From: Phoronis australis | Lineage: Eukaryota; Animalia; Phoronida | DNA length: 50,485 nucleotides | NCBI GenBank assembly: GCA_002633005.1 | Contig: NMRA01001067.1 | Coordinates: forward strand, 10,177 to 60,661 | Direction: 5' to 3' | Part shown: positions 36,841 through 49,035 of the stretch, one piece after another | Numbering within the stretch: the first letter of the stretch is position 1 | Layout of the letters: each line of letters opens with the position of its first letter | The notes under the pieces: generated by a model | What the model was told of the DNA's origin: nothing | Database searches by the model: none | The model's input: the letters and a program-made list of their open reading frames with translations, nothing else | Position numbers and translations under genes: made by a program

Positions 36841-39236
36841 TGAACGTCCTAGCAAAACCTGGACCAATTTCAAGCAAATCTGAACTTGTTCAACGGATTA
36901 CTGGCTTTCAGATATTAAGAATAAATGACGATTCTTACTACGGACTAGCCAGGACTCATTCAGGCGTCTGCAGAAGTTAAGAGATTGCCTTGACTTGAAA
37001 ACGTCTCCCGTAGTTCTGAGCAGAAAGTATTCAATTTTGTTCACAACATGAAACTTTCTTTTACCTAAGCACCTTGCTCACCTCAACGCTGTTGTTGATT
37101 TATGAAATTTGATGAAGCCACTGTTTTAAAAATACAAACTACCGAGGGATGTCCATTATGGATTATCGGATGATAGGTCGGCATACGTTTCAGGGAATGA
37201 CGTCACGGTGATTTAAGGGACTAGTCCCTCTCCGACCCCCCCCCTCTCGCTTCAGAATGAACGCACTCTTTATCTTTCGCAAGACCGTCCCTACTGCCAT
37301 TTCGTTTCCAAAAGCGGTAGCAAATTTGACAATTTGTGCCTTCGCCAGTCTCAGCTGACAATAGCACCGGTCCACAGTTCAGTTAACATAGCAAGTTCAA
37401 TCACGTTTTGTATATGGGACAGAAATCTGATTCACTCTCTAAAGAATCTTATAATTTATAAAAAATGGGTTATGTTTGGATAACGCTTCAAGAAAATTGA
37501 CCGGTCATCATTCTCTTGCTACAGGTGGGTTCAGAGGTAATTTTATTTTGCAGTTTATTTTGATATAATCATATGGTGAAATGGTCCGACAGAAAATAAC
37601 TGTGTCCACTTAATGACTTTTTGATATTTTGAAATAGGACAGAGAAAAAATTACGAAAACCAAATTCGTCTAATAGGTAGATAATGGTTTGTACATAATA
37701 ATATTCAAGCATGAATACTTAACTGTTCTTCAAGTCAAGAAAAAATAGGACTGGTTTGTTAACATTTTCATCAATACATTAAATACTCGGTTTTACTGCC
37801 GGAAAACATATTTTGGGGGTAAATTCTGGGAAGCAATGACTTCATGAATTTAACAGTAAAATCGGTTATGAATTTGTTATAAATCACCGATCCCTTACAA
37901 AGGTTTCCACTCAAAGTTATCTGAAACTGGGATGGCGACGTCATCAGCTGGATGTTTCGTTACTGGGCGCCGTGAAGATGGTCGAGACCTGTGTCGTGTA
38001 TTGCTGATCAAAGCCGGATTAATCTCCTGAGTATGGGAGAAAAAGTAACGAAGATTCGATGCACATTGGAGGAATAACCTCACGAGAAAAAGCACTGGGA
38101 CGAAATGGAGTAATGGATTCCCCTGCGCTAGAGTTGAACATTTTTAGAAATGCCGAGATTGCTCGAGTAGACAGCCGGAAGGTTTGCCTTCCTGCTCCGT
38201 TTTCTAGTAATAGCCACCATTCAAGCACGACCTAAAATTATATTTGAATTGCTCATAATATTTCTGGTCTTTAACTCATTAACCCAGGAATTGAATCCGT
38301 CGCTGACTCTCAACAGTTTTCTGATGATCTCGGCCAGCCGATCGGAAACACACAGGTATAGTAATAACAAATTAAACAAAACGCACACAAATTTCCTATT
38401 TCAACATAAGCTCTTCCACAGCTCTCCCCGGTAAACTATGAAAATAAAATGTTACGCATTTTTCGCAAATATTGCAGAAGGAATAAAGTCCATGGCCTAT
38501 TTTTTCTCATTTGATGAATTTTTACTTGCCTTATTTTCAAGAATCTCGTCGTCGTCGTCCACTGCTGTACTCTTCATGCACAAAAGTTGACAACAAAGAC
38601 ATGATAAATATGCCCGAAGATTTTTAAGAAATTTACTCATATTAATCTTTCGCAAAATTAATATTTCAGTAGCACTTTAGAAGCGACTTGTCTTCATAAA
38701 GGAAGCCATGAAAAATGCGTCACAGTGACGTGATTTATTCTTACGTCACTTTATTGTCTGAGGTCAACTTAGTAAAGGGCATTTAATTCATACTCTAACC
38801 TTTGTTAACGCAAAGATACAGGATTTGAAGTATCAGTCCTTGTCTCGAGTGAAATCAACAGAAAATAAATAAGCAGTAACTCTGACGTGAAACATATTTG
38901 TAAATATAATTAAAATTATACCAAAAATTTTTGTTTTGATTTAATACTGAATCGTAAAATTGTACGATTATGAAATGCTTGGCTTGCGAAATACCGGGTA
39001 TATAAAATACTGGATTATGAAATAATTACCGCCTATGTTCGTATTTAGGCACATGCACCTAGGCGCAACCTTACATATAGGCATGTGTGTCTAATACAAC
39101 CTAATAGGCTTCTGATGTTTTGATTACTGCTGTACTGAAAATTATGTAGTATATTCTTGAGCAATTTTTTGCAGGAAGTGTGAGTAATTGACTCTCCATT
39201 TTATGTGTCTCCACCTGGTGTCAAAGTCTGTGATTA

Positions 39237-39361
39237 CCTCTATGTATATTAGTTTCATTTATGAATTGTTTACAACCCAGATATAATGCTTCGCGGTTTC
39301 TGGGTTTGTTATTATTTCTTTGTACGTTCTGTGTATTCTTCAATAAATATGTATCACTTAA
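39237..39361 (+). mobile_element. Heavily 5'-truncated LINE 3' end
   Basis: Reverse complement of about 49040-49166. 14-bp TSD AAAGTCTGTGATTA (39223-39236, 39362-39375). Confidence 0.85.
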
Positions 39362-40351
39362 AAAGTCTGTGATTAAGATAATTCAATAATACAACCACTG
39401 ATCACTAAATATGACAATAGTAATGAAAATAAAAAATTGTTCTTGTAATGATTTGAAAAACAAGATTCATTCAATATACTGATTTGGTGTGACATGTTCC
39501 AAAATTGATACATTGTAGGCTGCGAGGTCCCCAATCATTCCTATTTGTGCGACTGTTACTGCCCTCGAATTAAGTTGGCTTTGTTACTTTAATTACGCTG
39601 TGTCTTGGGCCTACCTCCAGAACAACTTTATCGGGAACAGTTTGTTCTATCTTCTGGTGTGGAGTAAATTGATGCCAATTTCCCTTGGGTATCAAGTTGT
39701 TCCAGAACAACTGACGTTCACACTAATACTTTCCCCTTTAAATAGGTTGCAATTGCAGCACCAGGGTAAGCAGAATATAGCTTTCGTGAAGGTACTTATT
39801 ACGAAAACTACACCTCAGCAGTAATTTGTTTATTTGTGTCGTTGGAAACTAGACCAGAGTAGATCTATATGAAAAGAAGAAATAATTGCCTAACTAAATT
39901 ATGTCCTTTATAATTTTTCGGGAGTCCAGTAGCGTCTCCTGGCAGTCCTTAGGATGGAGTCTAAAATAGAGAAAATGATACCGTAATGGTGTAGATGATG
40001 TTTTCCCGGTATTTTAATATTAGGGTGATAATAAAACAGTAAGGCACACTCTCTGTCGGCTTTCAGTTAACAGATGCATTTCTGAAAAAACTATTGTTAT
40101 GGCTACGACCTTGACTACTTTTTACAATCGTTCAGTATAACCTCGTATGTGTACTGCCATGGTCTTATATTCGGGATCGTTATGTTCCCAGCGGCCTACC
40201 AGTCAGTAGGTTGAATATGCACTAGCTGTCTTGACAAATAATTGACAAGATGCTAACAAAAGCTTATGGTTTCCGTTACGTCATTATGACCTTTTGGACC
40301 CAATGTGACGGCATGTTTATTTTTATTTCCGGGTCCAAATTACGTCACCAA

Positions 40352-40502
40352 TAGGGGCGAATCCAGGATTTTGAGTTAGTGAGGGCCAGGGCAGAGCATT
40401 AGCCAAGATTTTGCCCGTCAGATATTCGTACCACTGAACTGCCAAATGGAATCTAGGAGGATTTTAGGGGGGAGCCATGCCACCCCTCTAAATCCGCCAC
40501 TG
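40352..40502. mobile_element. Short hAT5-like MITE (same family as 36705-36840)
   Basis: TAGGGGCGAATCCAGGATTTTGAGTTAG...AAATCCGCCACTG. Flanks ACCAA and ACAAA match at 4 of 5 positions. Confidence 0.65.
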
Positions 40503-41269
40503 ACAAACACGTTGACTTGAGCGAGACGTACTTCGAACAAACCTTAACGTGGGACGCTAATTTCTTATCTCTATCATTGCTTGGTCAAAGTATTTAGAAA
40601 CACGAAATTTGCGATGATGTGAACATGAAGTACGTTGAAAATTGCCAGCTGTTTTTTAAGATGGAGTTTTGTCTCAAAAATGATTCGTCGTAAAATCCAG
40701 TCAGACGTGGTGTTTGGGAATAACAGTGCATGGTGCGAGTTACGTGAGCTCCTAAGGTCCATCATTAATGCAAAGATTTACCTGTTTGCAGATTTTTTTC
40801 ACATTTACAAGTTGTCAATAAATACGACTGCACTTTGTTGAGCGTAGATGATGTTCAAATAGTATTGACGTGTACTTCCTGCTATACATAAACATACTAA
40901 GAGCATGCAAATACATATTTAAGGATGTGGATGTTCTCTGCAACAGACTATCAGTAAATTTCGTAGTTACCTTGTATTTCTTGAGGTGATCTGCTGGCAA
41001 GATTTAGCACATGCGCTGTTGATGCCGTGCATCATTTTTTGTCATTGGTTGTTGTATTTCATTTACTTGTTACGCTGTTTATTTTCTTTCTAGGTAGCAG
41101 TACACCTTTCGCCGCTGTGATTTGGTTTCTTTTAGCAAGCCGGTTCTTTCCAGTGGTTACAATAGCATTTGCTTGACCGGCCGGCCATTGTTACGTATTA
41201 GCCTCTGTATGTTACGCGGGTTTTGGTGATTAGCGTTTCATGAGTTTACCGGCATTCGTTGACAAGATC

Positions 41270-41861
41270 TGTAACGCGAATCATGTGTTTTCCTCGGATG
41301 CTGGAATTTTTATATTAAGCACAGACTGTTAGCCAAACTGTTGTAAGTACTGAGTATTATGGCATAGCATGTTGTACTCGTGTGTATCTACTAGCTGAGT
41401 TTAAAGCGTACATAGTTGTTGTTGTTTGACGTATAGTTTCCTTCAGCTGCTTGTTTGGCGTATATGTTGCGCGGTACCCGGTTCATAGAATAAATAGTTA
41501 CGGGTCGCAGTTAGGCAGTTGTTTGTGTACGGTAATGGTTCCCAGTTGTAGAATAGATAGTACGGGTTCCAGTTAATTATGTATTGTTAGCGAGGTAGTG
41601 TTTACCTGTCATAGAGTCATTGGCGCGAGTCTTTCTAACGCTCTGATAGTGCTTGTTAATTACGCTTGCTTGCCGAATACTCAGACTGTGTGTGTTTTTC
41701 TTTATTGCAGATAACCGCTTTTCCGGTTTCTCCTTTTCAACGCTTGTTCAGTTTCTCATTCAACGCTTGTTCGGAAACTTTTCATCGCTTGCAACTAAAT
41801 AATAAAGTGTGTTATGCAAACGGCTTCTTTTAACTTATCCCTGTAGCCAGACGCGGCTACA
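41270..41861 (+). mobile_element. Possible solo LTR
   Basis: TGTAACGCG...CGCGGCTACA termini, AATAAA near 41801, T/G-rich interior. No TSD seen. Confidence 0.35.
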
Positions 41862-42201
41862 TGCGCAGTAGGACATGTTGAAAATTTGGGGCGAAAACGT
41901 TATGAAAAACCCATTCCCAACCACGTGAGCAAAACAACCACATACGCCACTGATGCAAGTATACCCACTTTGAAACGCTGCTAAATGAAATTCTAAGAAA
42001 TGAGAAGCTAGGTACCTCAGTTGCGTGCATTGGTAATGAAATTACCTGCACCAAAACTTGTATCAGCAACGACCGACAGGAGCGCTAGTATGACAACAGT
42101 CCACACGGCAATTGAGCAGAAGTTAGACTACATTGGAATAGAAAAAGCCGGGGTCAACATTAGCAGTGACTGATGCATAACTCGAACAAGTAACATGAGA
42201 G

Positions 42202-43194
42202 CACAACGTTTATAATTGTTCATGTGATTTATGGTCACTGGGTTTGTTGAATATTGATTAGTATTGGCCTGAAAAGGGCGAAAGGTGTAAAATGAAGCAA
42301 ATTGCCCCTTAGTATATGTGTAAAAAGTTGATACTTTAAAAAAATCTCTAAAAATAGACTTTTACAGCACTGAGCAGTTACACGTAGGCTACTTGGATTT
42401 AAAATGAAACGCACTAGCGATATTTTAGGACACAAATTTCACCATACTGAGTAACGTACCCGTCAAGACGCGAACTTGGCCAGTCACCGTCAATATCCTT
42501 ACTGTTCGATTACAAAGCGATAAAGGCAATTTATAGCAGTGTTTTGACAGGTAGCCTTTGTGTAAAGTGACTATTAACCTCTTGAAATAAAGTGTTTTAA
42601 GAGACATGACTCAATGTTAATGTATTCTAAGTTGGTAATAAATACAAGTTTTTGGTTGTTTTACGTAGAGTAAGTCGTTAATTTTATTATTATGGGATGG
42701 GTCAACAGTAAATAAATCAATTCAGTGGGAACTCATATTTCTGGTTGACCGCTTTCATGCCGCGGAAGTCTATGCTGCTTGGTACAAAAGGTTCAACGTT
42801 TAATATATGATGTTGTACCGAATTGAGTAGCTTTTGGTCAATGATCAATACATAGTCTCTTGAAATTGTGAATATGCAAATGAATAACTTGTTTACAAAC
42901 AACCCCGGGTCGTCCAGTGTGCCAGAAACCATCCCGAGAACCACTTGCCATTACAATCTCACGAAAGTTTCGTTTTGTGAGAGTATTTTTATATAAATAA
43001 GTATAGTAATAGTTCCATATGGCGGACGAAGACCCGTGTGTCGGCCAAGAGAACAAAGAAGTCATATAATTTAGTTTGGAATTTCACGTTTATCGTGCAG
43101 GGCGGCAACTTAAATTTCGACTGCAGCTGCAAAAACACAGTGTGTACTGGAGCTATATTTGCACACTCTTCTTGTCAACATTTCTTATGACGAC
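42202..43194 (-). mobile_element. Second Academ-like terminal fragment
   Basis: Colinear with 27835-28810, starting at CACAACGTTT, and includes the Cys-rich coding tail. Confidence 0.65.
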
Positions 43195-45489
43195 TAGGGA
43201 TTCCCTGGAAACCCCCACAGTATCGTCGGTATCCTGATGAAACAAAGCACAGTTTTATTATTTGTTTATTTCACTATCAAATAACGATTGCGTAATGTTT
43301 GGAATTGCTAGGATTTTTTATATCTTAAAACCGCGATTTCTTTACAAATTGTTTCTTTCCCTGATTGTACACACAGCTCTCCAAGAAGTCACTGGGTGGC
43401 GTTCCCAACAAATTTAAATATTTGCAGTTTTAATGAGATACAGCATCTTTTGACACAACTGAACCTTAATTATCATTGTGCATGCAACATTGACGAAGCG
43501 AGTTACTTGGCGTAAATGTTATGTTTTGGTGTCCCATTTCAACAAGTGAACATAAGAAATGAGTGAACTCAAGCACCATAAAACAAATGAAAACAAGATA
43601 AATTACGCCATCAAAGTGCATCATTTCATAGATGTCGCAAGCAAAGTTTATGGCCATAACTTGCAAACAAGTGACATCTTTTGAGCATCTTATGAATGTA
43701 ATATGCTAAGATGGCCTTTGGGTTTGTGACTTATAACTGAAGAAACTCGCTGGAAAACACCGACACCGAGTGTGAAATGACAGACACCATCGACAGCGTT
43801 CAGATGAATGCATTTCGACGGATACGTCATTGAGCAACATAATTCTACAGCAAACCACTAGCGACAACTCCACTCTTGTATTCTTGTGACGTACACAAAT
43901 TGGCAGAGCAGTTTAGGATTTGATGATTATACCATAATTAGAATTAGTTCATCAACTTTCGAGTCAGGACGTGACCACTGAGTGTACACGTGCTTCTTCA
44001 AACTCCAGGTTGCTGAACACGATTCTGCTGACTTATCTTATTAACTTACTTTGGCGTTCTATCGTTTTCTCAGATGAACACTTTTATAAACCTTCAAGTC
44101 CAATCCACGTGGTGTAGGGTGTGCTCAAATTACAAAGTAATGCCCAGGAATCCATTTTAAAAACAGAACTTCATTCCAGTCTATAATGTAGCCCCGCTAC
44201 AAATTTAGCAATTCAAAAACAACTAGCTGTGACTAAATTCCTGATTTCAGGGGGAAGGCTTCTTTGAAAACACACAGAGGAAGGAAAATATGCTCGTGGT
44301 TGCAATAACGTGAGCAGACGAACAGATCGTTTAGAGTGATTAAAGCCAATACTTTCCTTGTTCTGGCACGTGACTACACTGCCAGAATAAGCAAAGCTTA
44401 CTTGATAGCAATGCGTCTCACGTCGTGAATTCAATCTACCAAAATCGAGAAAATAGAAAGAAGTGACTTCCATTAAAAGTGTCTTAGCACCACGGTCATG
44501 AGTGTGACATGAACGTACCCAGTACCAGTATGTCAAGTCCACCGACACGCGAGTTTCTTGTACAAACTTATATCATAACCACGCTTTTGTGATGTCCCGC
44601 AAAAAGCGAACAGAGCCACTACACGATCAAATACAATGTTGTCACAACCACTTCAAATGCAACTCCTCACCCTTCCTTATTATACCATAAATTTACTGGA
44701 ATTTACGGCATAAATTCACGGCATTATTTCGACTTTTCGGACTAAACACAATGGACGACAACTATGGTGCTGTGGTTGGTTGTCTCGAATTTACGAAATA
44801 AGTTTCAACAAATTAATGCTCGTAACTCGAGATCAACTAATTAAAACATTGTCAGATAGTGTTTGCGAGTGCTCTTCTTTGACATATCGTCGACTACTGG
44901 GGTTGTTTTTTATTGTTTTTGAAATGTAGTTGGTTACTTTTCAAAGCACTTTAAAAGGCAATGATACGTCATCTGAGGTAAAACCACCGCGGCTCACATG
45001 GACCACAAACCGTTAAAACGAGCGCTGTCGCTGGTGGTCATGACAGCAGCGATGGTTTTACGGGCCAAGGTCCCTATTTCGAAGCAGCTTTACTCTAATG
45101 TGTATATAAACCAGTTTTTAGCATTGTGTTAGCAACAACCACCAAGGCAGTTGTGTTAGTATTATCTGCAGAGAACCTAATAAGGAGTTACTGTACATAA
45201 AGGCTATTCAGAACCAGCATGGTACGGATTCTCTGAATAACATGCAGAGCTCAGTGACCCTGCAACTGTGGTGATGACCAGCCGGTGACTATATTCCCTG
45301 TATCTCTCACTTCACTTTATGGGTGTTACCAGAGCTGTAAGTTGGCTCTTGTTGTCCTAAATTGTTTTAAATATGATCCCGACGATGTCTAATGAAAAGG
45401 CGAAACGTTGAATTGAGCATGAACTTTTTTATTTGTGCGGAGATCGTCTGGTTTTAAATTTTACTCTAATGATCCCTTTCTCCGAAAAT

Positions 45490-46017
45490 ATCATGTAAAG
45501 ATATATATCATGAGAAGATCTATATCATTAGAAGATCTATATCATGAGAAAATCTATATCATGAGAAGATCTATATCATGTGAAGATCTATATCAGGAGA
45601 AGATCTATATCATGAGAAGATCTATATCACGTTAAGATCTATATCAATAAAAGATATATATCACGAGAAGATCTATATCATGAGAAGATCTTTTTCATAA
45701 GAAGATCTATATCATGTGAAGATCTATGTCATGAGAAGATCTATATAATGTGAAGATCTATGTCATGTGAAGATCTATATCATGTGAAGATCTATATCAT
45801 GAGAAGATCTATATCATGTGAAGATCTATGTCATGTGAAGATCTATATCATGTGAAGATCTATGTCATGTGAAGATCTATGTCATGAGAAGATCTATATC
45901 ATGTGAAGATCTATGTCATGTGAAGATCTATATCATGTGAAGATCTACGTCATGAGAAGTTCTATGTCATGAGAAGATCTATATCATGTGAAGATCTATA
46001 TCATGAGAAGATCTATA
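45490..46017. repeat. 17-bp minisatellite, about 31 copies
   Basis: Unit (A/G)TCATG(A/T)GAAGATCTAT. Confidence 0.95.
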
Positions 46018-46762
46018 CTCCGAAGGACCGTTACTCTGAAGTGGCCATAATACCGGACATTTAAACTTTTTAATTTCTCTAAAATAATTTGTCGAATCAA
46101 GTACAGGTAAAATAACTAGGCAAATGTCTACTTGTGTTTGTATAAAATGTTTCGGCTCACGGCGTTCTATTTATGCTGCATAGATATTTTCTCACCGATC
46201 ATACTGTCGTTAATTAGAAGGAATATCTGTTAAAGCGACATTCTGTTACGAATACTTATAGTGCAACCCTTTTAATATCTGGCTAATCCTCTTACAATGT
46301 TTACATGTATGTAGATTTTTAAATATCCTGGAGGATTTGTCACCATGATGTCATTTTCCCCATAGTCTGTTTTATGCAAATTATGAAATGCATGACAGTA
46401 GCAAGTAATCAATTATCGTCTGAATGGTGTAAACCGAGCATTTTACAAGACTGGTCTGTGACGTACATATGAATTCAAACTGAATATCTAGTCTACATAA
46501 TATTAATTGCACAGTGCAAATACCTGATACAAGATCATGGAACACGAATACGGGAAAGTTTTTGTCACTCAAATAAATTGTATTGGTGGATGTTGATTGC
46601 ACGCCTTTGTTTTATTAAGCACATATGGTTTACGGACAACACAGTGAATCTATCCATTTTCCGCATTTCAAATTCGTTTTCAAATACAATGGTCCCAAAG
46701 AATTATGAAAGAGAAGCTCAGATGAATTCTTACGGTTGATGTTTCTGGGCTAAACGACCAGT

Positions 46763-46962
46763 TTATAGGTTACACTGAGCGTTACCAGCGTGATCACAAA
46801 CACATAGATTCAAGTTGAAGCGAGTTCCTGGCCCACACCTAAGAAGGTTGGTAGAGCCGCCAGGTGTCGTGCTCACGTCTTTCTGTGTAAAGAACCTACA
46901 GTCCATGCCTGGGACCTTACAGTACTGGTTCCCGTTTTTGTTGCGACAGTACTTTGAATCAA
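46763..46962 (-). CDS. FAMeT-CBM14 gene copy C, terminal CBM14-like exon
   Basis: TTCTTACAG acceptor, phase 1. Encodes IDSKYCRNKNGNQYCKVPGMDCRFFTQKDVSTTPGGSTNLLRCGPGTRFNLNLCVCDHAGNAQCNL*. AATAAA at 46611-46616. Confidence 0.85.
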
Positions 46963-47499
46963 CTGTAAGAAACAAACAGGTGTGTAGGACACAGCCACGA
47001 TGGAGAAAATTTTTAATTGTATGACCCAAGCTACTTGCCTGCTTTCTGAATACAGGACCCACTGCTGGGGTATATTAGATCAGGTGGTATGAACAATCAT
47101 TTCAAAGTTTCATCTTTAAGGAACGCAATCGAGTTTGGGACGAAGACACCAATTGTAGAACTATCGTTGGGAAATAGAGACTTGTCAACGTTATTGACAA
47201 AATCGCAAAACGCAAATGAGTTTTTTACAGCTCTGGTAAAAGCTATACATATTGTCAATTTAGCCGTTGTTTGACATCGTTTGAGGTAACATCGTGTTAA
47301 TGTATGATATGAAGAGATGTGAGCTAAATTTGAAATATGACTGTGTGTTTCAAGCATTTGATGGTGTCTGGTTACATTAGCCATAAACATAAGTCAGGTA
47401 AACAAGTAAATGAAGTAATGATCTTTTTCGTGATTTTCGCCCCAGAGACTGCTGAAGAGATTTCACTAATTCATTACTTCTGAACACTGTCATACTTAC

Positions 47500-47626
47500 T
47501 CTGTGGATTGAATATCCTGAAAACTCCAGAGCCATTCACGCTACGCACCCCTACGTCTGCGCTAAGCGGACGGTCTGCCTGGAATGGGTCGTTCGCAGAC
47601 GCCAAAACTCCTTGAACTGTGCCAAA
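47500..47626 (-). CDS. FAMeT-CBM14 gene copy C, penultimate exon (upstream exons outside the window)
   Basis: 127 nt, TTTTACAG acceptor, GTAAGT donor. Encodes FGTVQGVLASANDPFQADRPLSADVGVRSVNGSGVFRIFNPQ and splices in frame to 46962. Confidence 0.85.
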
Positions 47627-47873
47627 CTGTAAAAGAGGCAATCGTGTACTATACTTCTTAGTTGTTTTCCTAGCCTACATCATCAAATGTGTCGAAATAG
47701 GTTAAAGATATCTACGATAAAATTTACATAAAAGAATCAAGCAGGTTCCAGTTTCATTTGAACCCACCAAAACCTCGAAGTTTTATTCGTTCACTTTAAA
47801 ATCATTCAACTGTTTAAAACTCAGCTGTCTTAAAGTTGTTGCAACAACAGAAGGCTTTCAGATAACAAATCTG

Positions 47874-48043
47874 AGACTCGTTTCAAGAAACTGACTTAAG
47901 TTCATTTTTGACTGAGTCAAAAACTTAAATTAAACTTAAGATCTCTTTCCCGAAATAGACTTGAAACAAATTTAATTTTTATCTTAAATTTGACTGAAAT
48001 TTAAGATTTGTCTTAGCTAAGTCAGTTTTCTTTGAGCGAGACC
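47874..48043. mobile_element. Palindromic MITE, Harbinger-like
   Basis: Inverted ends ACTCGTTTCAAGAAACTGACTTA...CTAAGTCAGTTTTCTTTGAGCGAGACC with CTG on both flanks. Same family as 12219-12456. Confidence 0.55.
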
Positions 48044-49035
48044 CTGAATTGGAAAACCTCGTTTCCGGTTATGATTCGCTTTAGTTGAAATGCAGCTTTT
48101 CGTAATAACTGGAATTACAGGTTAAAACTATGTTGAGATCGATTTCTTTTTCCCAATCGATTATTTACTAATTGGTTGCAAAATCCTGATGTTCGAATTA
48201 TCTTGATCTAGGAAGTGTCGCAGGTACGCTACAGGTACCATGTCAAAGTCGACATATCGCCGCGGTGAACTTTGAATATTTTGTTTAATTCCCTGACTAA
48301 ATGACAACTAGGTGCTGACACAAACGATGTCGTGAAGACGTTCCCAGTTTTGACGAAGCAGTTTGACAGGATAATTTAGCGAGATTGACGACTGATTGTC
48401 GTATTCAGAGTAGCTACAACCTTCAAGTACTTTTAGGATACGATTGATTGCGCTTCGACAGCATCTTCTTGAAATCGCCATTCTAAAAGTTTGATTTGTT
48501 CACTACCGGTAATGACCGTGCAGCTCACAGAGGAAGTCGAGAAAATGTTCCCAGTTTTGGCGGAAGAACTATGATTGGATGTTTTGTCAAAAGCAAACTT
48601 GTCCTATGACGTCCTCTCGACTCAGCTGTTCTCAATTCTCAACCAATCTCAGATGTGCATTCGTCAGTTAGCATAGACCCAGGATTTTGCACTAATCTCA
48701 GCATTTGCTGAGCAATTCACTATATAACTCACGACTACAGATCAGAGTGCAAGCTATGTCTTGTCTAAGCTCAACCACTCCTAAGAATGAAACTTTGGCT
48801 TGACGTCTCAATGGGAAGGCGTAATCTAATGATGATTTTCCAGTGACATACCAGTAACCTTTTGCTACTTTTTTCGCATAGTTGAACCCTATCTCCAGTT
48901 ACACTGGAAGGGGGAAACAAAATCCTTAAAATTTCGGTGTCGTTAACGGTGTTGAGGAGAATCTTTCGGGAATTGTCAATCGAAACTGCAGTATTGATAT
49001 GCCCTGCTCACATTTGGATATGATTTATTGTCCTA

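Noticed and set aside
37895-38228. Two overlapping minus-strand ORFs that look coding-like
   Set aside because: No recognisable motif or consistent splice structure; cannot be supported without a search.
39615-39710. 96-nt AG...GT open segment ending in VLE, superficially like the end of the FAMeT exon
   Set aside because: No similarity to the FAMeT exon otherwise, and it is built from CCAGAACAACT direct and inverted repeats typical of a MITE.
40690-40990. Possible hAT C-terminal dimerisation-domain relic (TTALC-ER, TYLR)
   Set aside because: It needs several frameshifts and rests on two short motifs; too weak to list as a feature.
44213-44548. 111-aa ORF ending SLPPEIRNLVTASCF
   Set aside because: Only the tail resembles a LINE ORF2 end (WNSLP..IR). 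Probably an ancient LINE scrap rather than a gene, and too weak to annotate.
48200-48900. Searched for the missing 326-nt FAMeT exon of copy C
   Set aside because: No VKAC, LGG or FYIKW-like motif on the minus strand; the exon presumably lies beyond the LINE, outside the window.
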